Positions 1 through 10,410 of a stretch of 64,000 nucleotides of DNA are shown here, in pieces; positions within the stretch are counted from its first letter, which is position 1, and each line of letters begins with the position of its first letter. The notes under the pieces are model-generated. The model was not told where the DNA came from. It searched no databases and worked only from the letters and a program-made list of their open reading frames with translations. A program made the position numbers and the translations under genes. Source of the DNA: an uncultured delta proteobacterium (lineage in GTDB: Bacteria; Desulfobacterota; Desulfomonilia; UBA1062); NCBI GenBank assembly GCA_963752595.1, contig CAVVYZ010000001.1, positions 288,001 to 352,000 of the forward strand, read 5' to 3'.

Positions 1-1
1 G

Positions 2-199
2 CGCTGGTCTTATCCTCTCCACGCCATGAGCGCTTTTGTCATCGGGTCGTTCTTCGTGGTGCATCTCTACCTGGGCACCATCGGCAACCCCGGGACGGCC
101 AAGGCCATGTTCACCGGCTTCTGCTCCAGGGCCTGGTGCGAAACCCATTGCCCGCGCTGGCTTGCAGAGCGCGATAACAAGCAGATCGGCGCAGAATAA
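2..199 (+). CDS. Formate dehydrogenase gamma subunit (cytochrome b556)-like, C-terminal part (5' end outside window)
   Basis: Manual translation of frame 2: RWSYPLHAMSAFVIGSFFVVHLYLGTIGNPGTAKAMFTGFCSRAWCETHCPRW...*. This resembles the FdnI C-terminus (heme-ligand His, W..H.PRW tail). Confidence 0.7.
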   Translation, partial: RWSYPLHAMSAFVIGSFFVVHLYLGTIGNPGTAKAMFTGFCSRAWCETHCPRWLAERDNKQIGAE

Positions 200-359
200 G
201 TTCAAAGCTTGAATCAGACGCGATCCCCCTTAATGCTTTGCATAAGGGGGATCGCATTCTCTTTTTTCTCAATCCCATCGAGGAAGAGAATACAGGCGGC
301 GAGGATCTCCCTCGGTACAGCATATTTATCGGAAAGCGTGATACTATCCTGCAGAAGGC

Positions 360-2033
360 CTATCCGGAATCGCCGTTCAGGTAGAGCTTGATCTTTCTGC
401 GGATGGACTCGGGGAGCTTGATGCCGATGGCATTCAGCCGCGACTCGTACTTTCTTAACGACCTCATGTGCGGGGAGGTGGTGGAGAAGATCTTGAGATA
501 GGACTGGATGCTCCCCTCCAGCTCCTTCCGGAAGAGCCATATCCTGGTTGAGCAGGTCCTCGATCGGGGCGATGACCCGGTAGTTGATGGGCCGGCACAT
601 CGAACGGTAGGCGACGAACCGCTGCGTCATTCGCACTCGTAGTTCTTCTCGACGATGCTCTTCTCCACCCGGTTAAGTTGATGCAGTCCATGATCTGGAA
701 ATCGAACCTGTCCCTCAGTATTCCTCTGATCATTTCCGCGGTCTTTATCAGGTACGGGCACTTGTCCATGTCGCCCTCGCAGTCGGTGTCGCATCGCAGG
801 TAGAGGACGAAATCGATATCCGAGCCCGGCTGGAGACGCCCCATGTTCACCGAGCCCATGACGTCCATGGCGATGTGGCCCTGGATCTTGTCCTCGAGCA
901 ACTGGGCCACCTCTTCGAGCATGTCGATCCGTGTCTTCGGTCTCCTGGGTCTGGAACATCCGGTAAAATTTCTTGATCTCGTTGAAGAGCTCGATCTCGG
1001 GGATATGGGAGTATTTTTCAACGGTGGTATCGTAATTCTCCCTTCTTCAGGGCCTTGTACCGCTCCTGGTCGATGATCTCCTCGATCCAGACATCGTTCT
1101 TTCGGGTAGTAATCGGCCACATCGTAGATCTGTCTTCGCAGATCTTCTTGAAGATGATCTTCTGGACTTCCCGGCCGTCGATATCGATCTGGTAGAAGAA
1201 GCCGCCCTCGGTGACCTCGCCGGTCGTTTGCGTGACTTCGCCGAAGTTCGAGGGGTTGAGGAAGAGGGTGTCGTCCAGGGGCTTGACCCCCCATGCATCA
1301 TGGGCATGGCCGGTCAGGCAGAGCATGACCGGGTTGTTGTCGCAGTATGTGCGCAGCGAGGGCGAGCCGAACGGGCCGCCGTAGGATGTCTTGTCGTTTA
1401 TGCCGTAGGCAGGCTGATGGGTAACGATGATATCGGGCTTTACCGCCCTGAAGAACCGGTACATCTCATTGTGCTTTTCATTGATGCCCATGCCGGCCTG
1501 GTAATTGACGATGTAGCGCTCCGGGATGCCCGCGGTCCAGACATCTGCGCCGCCGTACCCGCATATCCTGAGGCCCTCGAGTGGTACCAGTGGAGGTGCA
1601 GGTCGTAATCGTGCAGCGAGGTATACTTGAGGTCCATGTCGTAATTGCCCGGGCAGGCAGAAGACGTGGGATTTCGGCTTCATGAAGATGATGTTCTTCA
1701 GCACCTTGTACTTCTGCTGCATGACCCGGCGGGCGCGGATGGTGTAGCTGCTGGTACCTTGGTCCCATTTGTCTCGATCTCTTCCGAGACGTTCGGGTCT
1801 TCGAGGAGATCGTCAACGAAGTCTTCGATGAGCATGTGCTCTGTGCCCATCTTCCTGCGCAGCCCGTGGAAATACGACTGGATCTCGTGGTACCGGATCG
1901 AGGTCCCCATGTTGTAGAAGGGGATGTCGATGAGGTCTCCGGCGATGATATAAACGTCGGCCACGGTCTCGCAGAGGAGGTTCTTCACCTTCTCGAAATC
2001 GCCGTGGATATCGGTTGCATAGATAATCTTCAT
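360..2033 (-). CDS. Calcineurin-like metallophosphoesterase fused to a C-terminal Pol-beta-type nucleotidyltransferase domain (several frameshifts)
   Basis: ORF pieces join into one protein: TDIHGD, AGDLID, PG(N)YD, VTHQP, GHAH, NPS (metallophosphoesterase motifs), then MGSVNMG...GSDIDFVLY (GS..DxD NTase motif). Stop TAG at 360-362 by manual reconstruction. Confidence 0.75.
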
Positions 2034-2316
2034 TTTCTGCCGTATCGGTTTTTATCAGGGGGAAAATAAACCGGTATCCGGGTTTGCCGCATCGTGCCCG
2101 CCATTGTCTGCCGCTATCTTTCACATTACCGTTATCACAAAGAGAGCGGACAAACCAACCGGTTTCTCATAAGGCCCGGTGCCGGAGTCCTCCCATTCCT
2201 CTCGCGACTTTGCTTTGCGGGTGCCCAGGGGGAGAGGATACAGGAGAGGGGATAAAATAAACGGCTTTTTGATACCCCGCTGCTTGCGGCGGCGACCTTC
2301 GTCGCAGGGCAGACAG

Positions 2317-2832
2317 TTAATAATACCACCACCAGGGGTCATAGAAAGGGTAGATAGGATAAGCCGGGTACATGCTCTGCACCTGAATCGGCCAGAGGCG
2401 GTACTCCTGCATGTCGACAACCGGATAGGTATAGGTGTACTCGCCGATCTGTGAAGACTCGCTGCCTGCAATCCTGCCCGCCACGGTGATGTCCCTGCCC
2501 TGGCAGAATACTGCAGGGTCGAGGAAGCCGTTATATCTGGCCAGAAACCTCCCGCGGGTAGTATCCACATCCTTGGGTCTTTTCTGGCTGTCGTACGGCC
2601 TTTCGAGGACCTCGATCACAGTGCCTTTCTCCCGCGGCAGGGTGCTCAGGATTACTCCGCCCCACATGACAAGGGTTCCCTGGTATGCCTTCTGGTTTAC
2701 CACTACCTTATCGAGCGTAATGGATTCATCCACCTGTTTTTTTATTCCTTCCGAGAAGGGCGTTGCGCAGCCCGCCGCGAGCAGTACGGTTATGAGAAGT
2801 AATGAAATCAGGAGATACCCTGTCCTTGTCAT
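2317..2832 (-). CDS. Slp family outer-membrane lipoprotein
   Basis: Lipobox LAAGC; VMWGGVI, GRFLA..GFLDP, YTYPVV and an aromatic-rich tail typical of Slp. Confidence 0.85.
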   Translation of the reverse strand: MTRTGYLLISLLLITVLLAAGCATPFSEGIKKQVDESITLDKVVVNQKAYQGTLVMWGGVILSTLPREKGTVIEVLERPYDSQKRPKDVDTTRGRFLARYNGFLDPAVFCQGRDITVAGRIAGSESSQIGEYTYTYPVVDMQEYRLWPIQVQSMYPAYPIYPFYDPWWWYY

Positions 2833-2928
2833 ATGAGATCCTCCCTTAAGGGCCTATGCCCTTGTAAAGACATCATAACTCTTCACCTTTGCGAATCAAG
2901 GCCAAGGAGCATACACAGGTGTATTGAT

Positions 2929-3594
2929 TCAATGATGGGAAAGAATCGGCCAGCCTCTCTTCAAAGCCACACGCCTGAGCCTTCTGGTGGGCTCCACTGC
3001 ATAGGGATTGCCTACCATTTCGAGCATCGGGATATCCGCGTGGTGGTCACCGTACGCATAGGAATTGGCCAGATCGATGTTGAGCGTTTCGGAGAGCTCG
3101 AGTGCCGCCTTCTTTTTGTTCTTGCCCGTACAGACGTACCCGTGGGGTGCGCCGGTAAGCAGCCCGTCGTTGCCCACCCTGAGGTCGGTGCATATCAGAT
3201 GGTCGAACCCGAGATCGTTCACCACAGGCTTCAGGAGGTAGCGCACCCCTGCAGAGATCATCACGAGGACATGTTCCAGCTGCTTGTGTGCTTGAACCCG
3301 TGAGAGGATATTGGGGGCGAGGTGTGGTTTGAGAACTTCGAGGTAATAGCTTTCCGAGCCCTGCTCGAAAGGGGTGAGGTTCCGTTTCCTGTAAAACGAA
3401 AGAAGGAGCCTCGCCATAACGGTTTCCGATATGAGGTTCTTCTGGTAGAACCAGTTGGCAAAGGCGATCTTCATCACATACGGCAGGGAAACCTCGCCTT
3501 TATCCCACAGATAACGGATTCCGAGCTTGGGACTGTTTTCATCCAGCAGGGTGCGGTCAAAGTCAAAGAACGCTGCAATCGGCCTTGATCCCAT
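2929..3594 (-). CDS. HAD-IB family hydrolase (phosphoserine phosphatase-like)
   Basis: AFFDFDRTL motif I, ISAG motif II, YAYGDHHADIPML motif IV. Start reassigned to MGSRP. Confidence 0.85.
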   Translation of the reverse strand: MGSRPIAAFFDFDRTLLDENSPKLGIRYLWDKGEVSLPYVMKIAFANWFYQKNLISETVMARLLLSFYRKRNLTPFEQGSESYYLEVLKPHLAPNILSRVQAHKQLEHVLVMISAGVRYLLKPVVNDLGFDHLICTDLRVGNDGLLTGAPHGYVCTGKNKKKAALELSETLNIDLANSYAYGDHHADIPMLEMVGNPYAVEPTRRLRRVALKRGWPILSHH

Positions 3595-3914
3595 GAAATT
3601 CCCTTCAAGATAAGTTTGGTCGTATAGTATACATATAGGAGCTGCCTGGCAAGGCTCCAGACTTGAAAAGGATCGAGTACGGGTGTGGCCGGCAAATTTA
3701 TCCGGAACATGGTATTTTACCGGCACTGTTGTGCATGAGGTCCTGCATTCCGTCTGCCCGTACAGGAGGCTGAAGCCCGGCGTATTGCAGGGGATACTCA
3801 TTTAAGAGGAGGAAAAAATGAAAAGATTGCCGGCCTGTCTGCTGCTCGGGTCAATGGTGCTGCTGCTTGCAGGGTGTGGGTCAACGCCGAACACAACCCC
3901 GCACCAAACACTTA

Positions 3915-5399
3915 TTGAGGTTCTCTTCATCATTCTTCCCGAAGAGAGATGCAAGCGAGTGGTTGCCCTCTCTTCGAAGAATGCGACCTAGAAACAATGC
4001 CGTTCTCCCTCGTGCCGTCCCAGTCAAACGCCGGGGTGCTGTTCTTCCCAGTTAGGCGCGGGTTCGGGTAAGGGGCAGAACCTGACCAACAAGAGCATGT
4101 ATCGAAGGAGCGAGACGGATCTCCAATCAAGCGCAACAGGCTGCGGGGTACCAATCGGGCACATCCTTTTTCAAGCACTCTTATCATGCAAGGATATTCT
4201 ATTCCCTTTCTGATCGAGGTGAATGCGTGCTCCATCCCCATATGGCTCCAGTTAGGCGTCGGACTGATCCGTCTCCTCCAATTCTTTAGTGGCTCAAGAA
4301 CTTCTCAGTATCGAAAGCCTCTTTGTTTTTCAGCAGGAAATAGACAGCTCTTCCGAGCTTGTGGGCAAGGATGGAGAGAGCTTTTCCTTTGCCGTGTTTA
4401 TGGGTAAGCCGGTCGAGGTATTTCTTTGCTGGTTCATTGCCTTTGATAAAGAGTACGGATGCTTCACTGAAAGCCCACTTGAGATGAGCATTGCCGATCT
4501 TATTGCCGCTGGTACCGTATTTTTTCCCATTGGATTCTTTGTTACATTTAACAAGACGGGCATATGAGGCAAAGTCCTGGACAGTTGCGAATCGATTAAT
4601 GGTCTCTATTTCATAGAGCATGACAAGAGCGAGGATTCTGCCGACTCCTGGGATGGTTTGCAGAAGAGTCATAGGAAAGGGGATCATGTCCATTGGCGAT
4701 CTTTATGATCTCTCGCTCGAGCGGGAGGATGATGCGGTCATAGGCTTCGATCATGGCAAGGTCCACTTCCATGTTCTTCTTCACACTTCGATCGTCGAAT
4801 CGCTCGACAACGCCCTCTCTGTTCTTCGGCTTGGCAATGCGGCCGAGAGGTTCCGGCAGGTTGTACTGGCTGTTGGTGTTCTGGATATGGGCAAAGAGCT
4901 CGGCTCGCTTCCTCATCAGATGATTTCTCCTCCTCAGGAGATCCCTGGTGGCGCGCATCTTCGCCGGATAGACATAGGCCTGGGGCAGCATGCCGCCCCT
5001 AAGGAGCACGGCAATCTTATGGGAATCGATCTTGTCGTTTTTGCTCTTTCCGCCATGGATTGCTTTCATATAGAGAGCATGGCCGAGGATAAAAGGAATG
5101 CCTTCTTTGGCGCACAGATCGGCTACCCAGTACCAGGTGAACATGCACTCTGCAGCTACAACGATGTCCTCACGAAAGGGAGCGATGAGCTCAAGAAAAG
5201 CGTCTGCATCTGTATTCATGTTCCGGTGAACCATGATATCTCCTGTGCTTCTGAGAATGCACACATACATTTTTTTGGTGTGCAGATCGATTCCACAATA
5301 AAATTTGTGCTGTTTGGTGTAGAATCTCATTTAAGCCTCCTCCTTGGTTGGTTTTTGGTGTTGGTCCAGCAAATATACCACCCATTCGAGGAGGCCTTA
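3915..5399 (-). mobile_element. IS110-family insertion sequence (~1.49 kb) with a long 3' non-coding end
   Basis: Transposase inside; CTTA present at both junctions (3911-3914 and 5396-5399); short 5' end and ~370-bp 3' non-coding region. Confidence 0.8.
4286..5330 (-). CDS. IS110 family transposase/recombinase (frameshift near 4690)
   Basis: YCGIDLH, KNDKIDS (DEDD RuvC-like domain); LQTIPGVG, ASYARLV, ESNGK, GNAHLKWAF (C-terminal Tnp20-like domain). Confidence 0.9.
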
Positions 5400-5703
5400 C
5401 AACAAGGGGATGATAACGACCCGGTTCCAGGATATCAAACCGAACGAAGCGCCGACCAATTACGACATGTTCGGTCCCGGAGAAGTTCCCAGCATCTACG
5501 TGAGCGGGTACGACGCCCAGACCGTCACCATTGAGGTTTACGACATTTCGACGGGTGACCTCGTAAAAAAATACACCTCCTATGTCCCCCAGGGCAAAGA
5601 TTACTACTGGATATGCTCTGACCTGGAGTCCGGCTCTTACAAGGCCATTGTCAGCATCGGGGGCGTGTCCCAGGACATGAAGCTCTTCAACGTCCGCAGG
5701 TGA

Positions 5704-5820
5704 CCCCTCTCCCTTGCCCTCTCCCCCGTTTCAGGGGGAGAGGGTGTGGGGGTCGGAGACCTCGCCGGGCCGGAAGCCCCTCTCCCCCGGAAACGGGGGA
5801 GAGGGTGGGGTGAGGGGGGC
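5704..5820. repeat. Inverted pair of REP-like CCCTCTCCC...GGGAGAGGG palindromes
   Basis: ccctctcccccgtttcagggggagaggg and ccctctcccccggaaacggggggagaggg, in opposite orientation ~40 bp apart, directly after a stop codon. Confidence 0.7.
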
Positions 5821-6052
5821 AAAGTTGACAAGACCCTAGCTTCTCTCCCCGGCATGCTGATATCCATGATCACCACATGCGGGTTGAGCCTGCGGGCGAG
5901 ATCGACTTGATAATGCGAAGATTCATAAACAGATATCCAAGGATTTCATTTCCTTGCAATGAAGCCTGTAAGGTGATTTAAGTAAACTCTGAGATTACAC
6001 GATCCAGCATGGATGGCATCGTATCCATTATCAGGAGAGGAGCGAAAAAGCG

Positions 6053-6832
6053 ATGAAGGTGCGGATCTCTATGGCTCGAAGTTACACGCCGGGTATTATT
6101 ATTATATTGCTCGTGTCATGTCTGCTGCTTCCGGCATACGTGAAGGCAGAACAGCCGGGATGTATGGAGGGTGACTGCGTTGCAGGGTCCGGCACCTACG
6201 TGTATCCCGACGGTTCGAAATACATCGGCGAGTTCAAGGACCGGATGCCCGAAGGCAAAGGACGGCTCTATTACTCGAACAAAAGTTTCTACTCCGGGGA
6301 ATTCAAGAAGGGAAAGAAAAACGGGACAGGAACCTTCTCCGGCCCGAACAACCGGCATTACGAGGGCGGTTTCAAAGATGACAAGCTCGACGGGAGAGGG
6401 ACGTACAAATACGGCGACGGCATGGTTTACCAGGGAGACTTCCGGGATGACAAATGGAACGGCTACGGCGATGTGACCTTCCCGGACGGCAAAAGATACG
6501 AAGGCAGCTTCAAAGACAACAAGCGCCACGGAACCGGAAGGTTCACCTGGCGGGACGGCCAGACCTATGACGGCGGGTTTGTGAATGACAAGATGGAAGG
6601 CAGAGGCGTCCTCACCTTCCCGGACGGCTCCAGATATGATGGTGACTTCAAGGATAATGTCTATGACGGGGAAGGGAAATTCTTTTATCCGGACGGAAAG
6701 ATCTTCACCGGCAGGTTCAAGGCAGGATATGCCGACGGGAAGGGGACCATTACCTATCCCGACGGCCGTGTCATGGAAGTCGAATACTCCAAGGGTGAGC
6801 CCGTCGGAAAGCCCAAGCCCAAGGCCCCGTAA
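6053..6832 (+). CDS. Secreted MORN-repeat protein
   Basis: Signal peptide, GC.EGDC, then repeated YxGxFKDxxxxGxGxxxYxDG units. Confidence 0.9.
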   Translation: MKVRISMARSYTPGIIIILLVSCLLLPAYVKAEQPGCMEGDCVAGSGTYVYPDGSKYIGEFKDRMPEGKGRLYYSNKSFYSGEFKKGKKNGTGTFSGPNNRHYEGGFKDDKLDGRGTYKYGDGMVYQGDFRDDKWNGYGDVTFPDGKRYEGSFKDNKRHGTGRFTWRDGQTYDGGFVNDKMEGRGVLTFPDGSRYDGDFKDNVYDGEGKFFYPDGKIFTGRFKAGYADGKGTITYPDGRVMEVEYSKGEPVGKPKPKAP

Positions 6833-6855
6833 GCGAAGAGCAATAGCGTTTCTTT

Positions 6856-8190
6856 TTAGATATCTTTCAAGCGCACGTTCGCATCCGATTTCTCCACCAG
6901 GCCTCTGAACGCCTTGAGGGATTTCGAGATGCGCTCCAGGGATTCCGTCTTTGCGACAGGAATGGTATCGATTCCGGCATTCTCCAATGCATCGATCACG
7001 TAAGAGATGGTGAAGGCATCGATATCACGGGACGGGTGATAGCCGGTTCCATCCCGGTTGTCCTTCTGGACGGCGATAATCAGCCCGCATTCGGAAAGCG
7101 CCCGGAGTATTTCGCAAACTGTGCCGGGAGGAATTTCGAGATTCTTCGACAGCCTGTTCGCGGTGAAAGGCTTCCCGCCATCCTTAAAGTTCATAATCAG
7201 GGAATGGATGATCTGGAGGCTCAGGAGCTTGCGGAAGGAGTGGCTGATTTTCTTGGTTTCAGCCCCGAACAGGTAGCTCTCTTCATTCTGATGGGAATCG
7301 GTGAGCTCCGCGCCGAACAGCACGATCAGCCAGCTTAAGTTGAGCCAGATGAGGAAAAGAGGCAGCGCTGCAAAGCTCCCGTAAATCGCATTGTAGCGGG
7401 ATACTCCTATCTGGAAAGTGATGTAGATCCACTGAAGGATGACGAAGATCGTTCCTGCTATGATCCCTCCCAGGATCCCTGAAGACAGCTTCACCTTGGT
7501 ATTGGGGATGAAGACGTACATGAACGTGAGCAGTATCCATATGAGGATATACGGCACGATCTTGATGATGAGGGTGATAATGGGGGAGATGACCGCCAGT
7601 ACCCCGATCTTCTCGAGGATATTATTGACCTCGCCCGCAACGAGGACCATGGCGGAGCTCGATATGATCAGGAGCACCGGGCCGATGAGCATCAGCGAGA
7701 GGTAGTCGCTGAGCTTTCTTCCGATCGTGCGCGACCTTTTGATCTCCCAGATATTGTTGAATGCCGATTCTATTGTCTGCAGGATCTGGAAGACGGCCCA
7801 GATAAGGAAGATCGCCCCTACGCCCGCCAGGATTTCCCCCTTGGTGTTTTCCAGCAGGTTGTGCGAGTAGGTCAGGAGCCGGCTGGTCACCTCTTCCTGG
7901 CCGACAAACTGCTCTTTGATCAGTTTCTCGAGGTGCTGCTGGATGCCGAACCCCTTGGCAACGGCAAACGCCATGGCAAAGATCGGGACGATGGAGAGCA
8001 GCGAGAAAAACGTCAGCGATGATGCCCATAAGGTGCAGTTGTCCTTTATGTATTCCTTGGATGCAATGATGGATATCCGTAAGTACCGGATGAAGAATCT
8101 TCTCGGCCCGTGGAGATCCTCCATGCGGATTCTCCAGATGTCGACCTTCAGAAACTGCGTGACATCCGATATCTTTCCGGTAATGTCCAT
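6856..8190 (-). CDS. YihY/BrkB family membrane protein with C-terminal winged-helix domain
   Basis: ASSLTFFSLLSIVP, IESAFNNIW, YNAIYGSFAALP. Confidence 0.9.
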   Translation of the reverse strand: MDITGKISDVTQFLKVDIWRIRMEDLHGPRRFFIRYLRISIIASKEYIKDNCTLWASSLTFFSLLSIVPIFAMAFAVAKGFGIQQHLEKLIKEQFVGQEEVTSRLLTYSHNLLENTKGEILAGVGAIFLIWAVFQILQTIESAFNNIWEIKRSRTIGRKLSDYLSLMLIGPVLLIISSSAMVLVAGEVNNILEKIGVLAVISPIITLIIKIVPYILIWILLTFMYVFIPNTKVKLSSGILGGIIAGTIFVILQWIYITFQIGVSRYNAIYGSFAALPLFLIWLNLSWLIVLFGAELTDSHQNEESYLFGAETKKISHSFRKLLSLQIIHSLIMNFKDGGKPFTANRLSKNLEIPPGTVCEILRALSECGLIIAVQKDNRDGTGYHPSRDIDAFTISYVIDALENAGIDTIPVAKTESLERISKSLKAFRGLVEKSDANVRLKDI

Positions 8191-8303
8191 ACCGACCATC
8201 CTTATGATCAACAGTCCATAATAATTGACATAGTACTTTTTATATAAGTATTAGCAGGATGAATGCAAGGAGTTATCGCAATCGAATCCAGGAGGAGAGA
8301 CTC

Positions 8304-8570
8304 ATGGCGCACAATGTGATGCTCATAAACCGTAAGGACAATGTCGGGGTGGCCCTGATGAATATCCGGAAGGGCGAGAAGGTCCTGCTTTCCACAGGCT
8401 TTGAATTCGATGCCGTCCAGGACATTCCCTACAGCCACAAGGTCGCGCTCTGCGACATCAGGGCCGGCGAGCCGGTTTTCAAGTATGGCGAGATCATCGG
8501 TCATGCGCGTTCCGACATCGGCCTGGGAACCTGGGTTCACACCCACAACCTTCAGACCATGGAGGTGTAG
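8304..8570 (+). CDS. UxaA/SuyA-like SAF-domain small subunit
   Basis: DNVGVAL, IPYSHKVAL, KYGEIIG, WVHTHN. Confidence 0.85.
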   Translation: MAHNVMLINRKDNVGVALMNIRKGEKVLLSTGFEFDAVQDIPYSHKVALCDIRAGEPVFKYGEIIGHARSDIGLGTWVHTHNLQTMEV

Positions 8571-8573
8571 CTC

Positions 8574-9737
8574 ATGGAAAAGGCAACCTTCAACGGCTTC
8601 ATCCGGCCGGACGGATCGGCAGGCATCAGAAACTACGTTGCAGTCATCTCCACGGTATCCTGCGCCAACGGCGTCGTTTCCAACATCGCCCGCGCCGTGC
8701 CGGGCACTGTGCCGCTGCTGCACGCCCACGGCTGCGGCAGGGCACTTGAGGTCCCCATGCACATGAATACCCTGGCAGGCCTGGGAAAGAACCCGAACGT
8801 GGCAACAGCCCTCGTTATCGGCCTCGGGTGCGAGACCGTCCAGGCGAACGCCGTGGCGGCCGAAATCGCCAGGACAGGCAAACCCTGCGAGTATCTCGTC
8901 ATCCAGGAGCAGGGCGGATCGCGCAAGACTTTAGAAAAAGGGGTGAAGATCGTCCAGGCCTTTATGGAGGATGCAGCCGGAATGGAGAGGCGCGAATGCC
9001 CCCTCGACCTCCTCACCATCGGCCTCGAATGCGGCGGGTCGGACGCCTTCTCGGGCATCACGGCAAACCCCGCGGTCGGCCTGGTATCCGACTGGCTGGT
9101 GGGGCAGGGCGGGACCGTGATCCTCACCGAGTCCACCGAGCTGATCGGCACCTCCCACATCCTTTCCCGCAGGGCAAAGAACCCCGAGGCAGCAGCAAAG
9201 GTGGAGCAGGTTATCTCCAAGGCGTACAAGGCCACCCGCGACATCCTGGGCGAGCTCGCCACCTATGTGATCGCACCGGGAAACATGGACGGGGGCTTGA
9301 GCTCCATCAGCGAGAAGTCGCTCGGATGCATCGCAAAAGGGGGCAGCTCGGCCATCACGGAGGTGGTGGACTACGGCCGGGCGCCCAGAGAAAAAGGCCT
9401 CATCATCATGGATGCCCCCGGCTACGACACCGAGTCCATGGCAGCCCTCGCAGCGGCAGGGGCCCAGCTTATCATCTTCACCACGGGCCGCGGCACACCC
9501 GTAGGCTTCCCCATCGTGCCCGTGATCAAGGTGGCGAGCACGAGCAGGCTCTATGAGCTCATGGAAGACGACATGGACGTGAATGCGGGGACGGTCCTCG
9601 AAGGCAGCACCCTTGAAGACGTAGCAGCCGAGCTTCGCACCCTCGCCGTGGATGTCATGAACGGGGCGCAGCCCAAGGCCGAGCAGAACAATCAGGGCGG
9701 CATTGTCTGCCTTGCTGCGATGACACCGGCGTTTTAG
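8574..9737 (+). CDS. UxaA family dehydratase/sulfo-lyase large subunit (altronate dehydratase/SuyB-like)
   Basis: GIRNYV, GLGCE, GLECGGSDAFSGITANPAVG, EKSLG, FTTGRG. Substrate cannot be determined. Confidence 0.85.
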   Translation: MEKATFNGFIRPDGSAGIRNYVAVISTVSCANGVVSNIARAVPGTVPLLHAHGCGRALEVPMHMNTLAGLGKNPNVATALVIGLGCETVQANAVAAEIARTGKPCEYLVIQEQGGSRKTLEKGVKIVQAFMEDAAGMERRECPLDLLTIGLECGGSDAFSGITANPAVGLVSDWLVGQGGTVILTESTELIGTSHILSRRAKNPEAAAKVEQVISKAYKATRDILGELATYVIAPGNMDGGLSSISEKSLGCIAKGGSSAITEVVDYGRAPREKGLIIMDAPGYDTESMAALAAAGAQLIIFTTGRGTPVGFPIVPVIKVASTSRLYELMEDDMDVNAGTVLEGSTLEDVAAELRTLAVDVMNGAQPKAEQNNQGGIVCLAAMTPAF

Positions 9738-9828
9738 GAAAGACTGATTTCCGATCGTTCCTCGTGCGCCTGTTGATTTCATGGTGCTATGACGTTATAA
9801 TGCCATAGCAGCAAAAGGAGGTGTTTCC

Positions 9829-10062
9829 ATGACAATGCAAGCGAAAAGGTCCACCATATATCTTGATCCCGACCTGCATAAGGCGTTGAAGTTGAAGGCG
9901 GTTGAAACCTCCCGATCCGTATCGGACCTGGTGAACGAGGCCGTCAGAGAATCCCTTGCAGAGGATGCCGAAGACATTCAGGCCTTTGAGGAACGGGTGT
10001 CGGAACCTCTGATCAGCTATGATGAAATGGTCAAGAGGCTGAAAAAAGATGGCCGCATATAA
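9829..10062 (+). CDS. Type II antitoxin, ribbon-helix-helix
   Basis: KRSTIYLDPDLHKALKLKA RHH motif; acidic C-terminus; overlaps a RelE-like gene. Confidence 0.8.
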   Translation: MTMQAKRSTIYLDPDLHKALKLKAVETSRSVSDLVNEAVRESLAEDAEDIQAFEERVSEPLISYDEMVKRLKKDGRI

Positions 10063-10306
10063 GGTCTTTTTCAAGAGATCCGTTGAAAAAGATTTCGAAT
10101 CCATCCCGAAAAAAGACCTCAGGAAAATCCTTGCCCGTATCGAGTCCCTCACGGAAGACCCCCGCCCTTCGGGCAGCGAAAAGCTGACCGGGCTGGAAAG
10201 GTATCGCATCCGTCGGGGACGGTATCGTATCCTGTATTCGATCCGGGATGATGAGCTGACAGTGTGGGTAGTCAAAGCAGGTCATCGGAAAGATGTGTAT
10301 CGGTAA
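10049..10306 (+). CDS. RelE/ParE family toxin
   Basis: YKVFFKRSVEKD, DPRPSGSEKL, YRIRRGRYRILY, GHRKDVYR. Confidence 0.9.
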   Translation: MAAYKVFFKRSVEKDFESIPKKDLRKILARIESLTEDPRPSGSEKLTGLERYRIRRGRYRILYSIRDDELTVWVVKAGHRKDVYR

Positions 10307-10410
10307 GAATACAAAGGTATACGGCAGACAGCTTGCAACCACCAGCAGAAATACGGAGTGACAGGAAAAGAGTGAAGCCTCTGGAAAACTGACGGGAGAG
10401 GAGGGGTTTC

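Larger units (their letters stand above)
3818..5703 (+). pseudogene. Small lipoprotein gene interrupted by an IS110-family element
   Basis: RBS GAGGAGG then MKRLPACLLLGSMVLLLAGC (lipobox) at 3818. Coding resumes after the IS as YNKGMITTRFQ...FNVRR* (to 5703). Rejoining at CTTA needs one extra C in the C4 run at 3897-3900. Confidence 0.65.
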
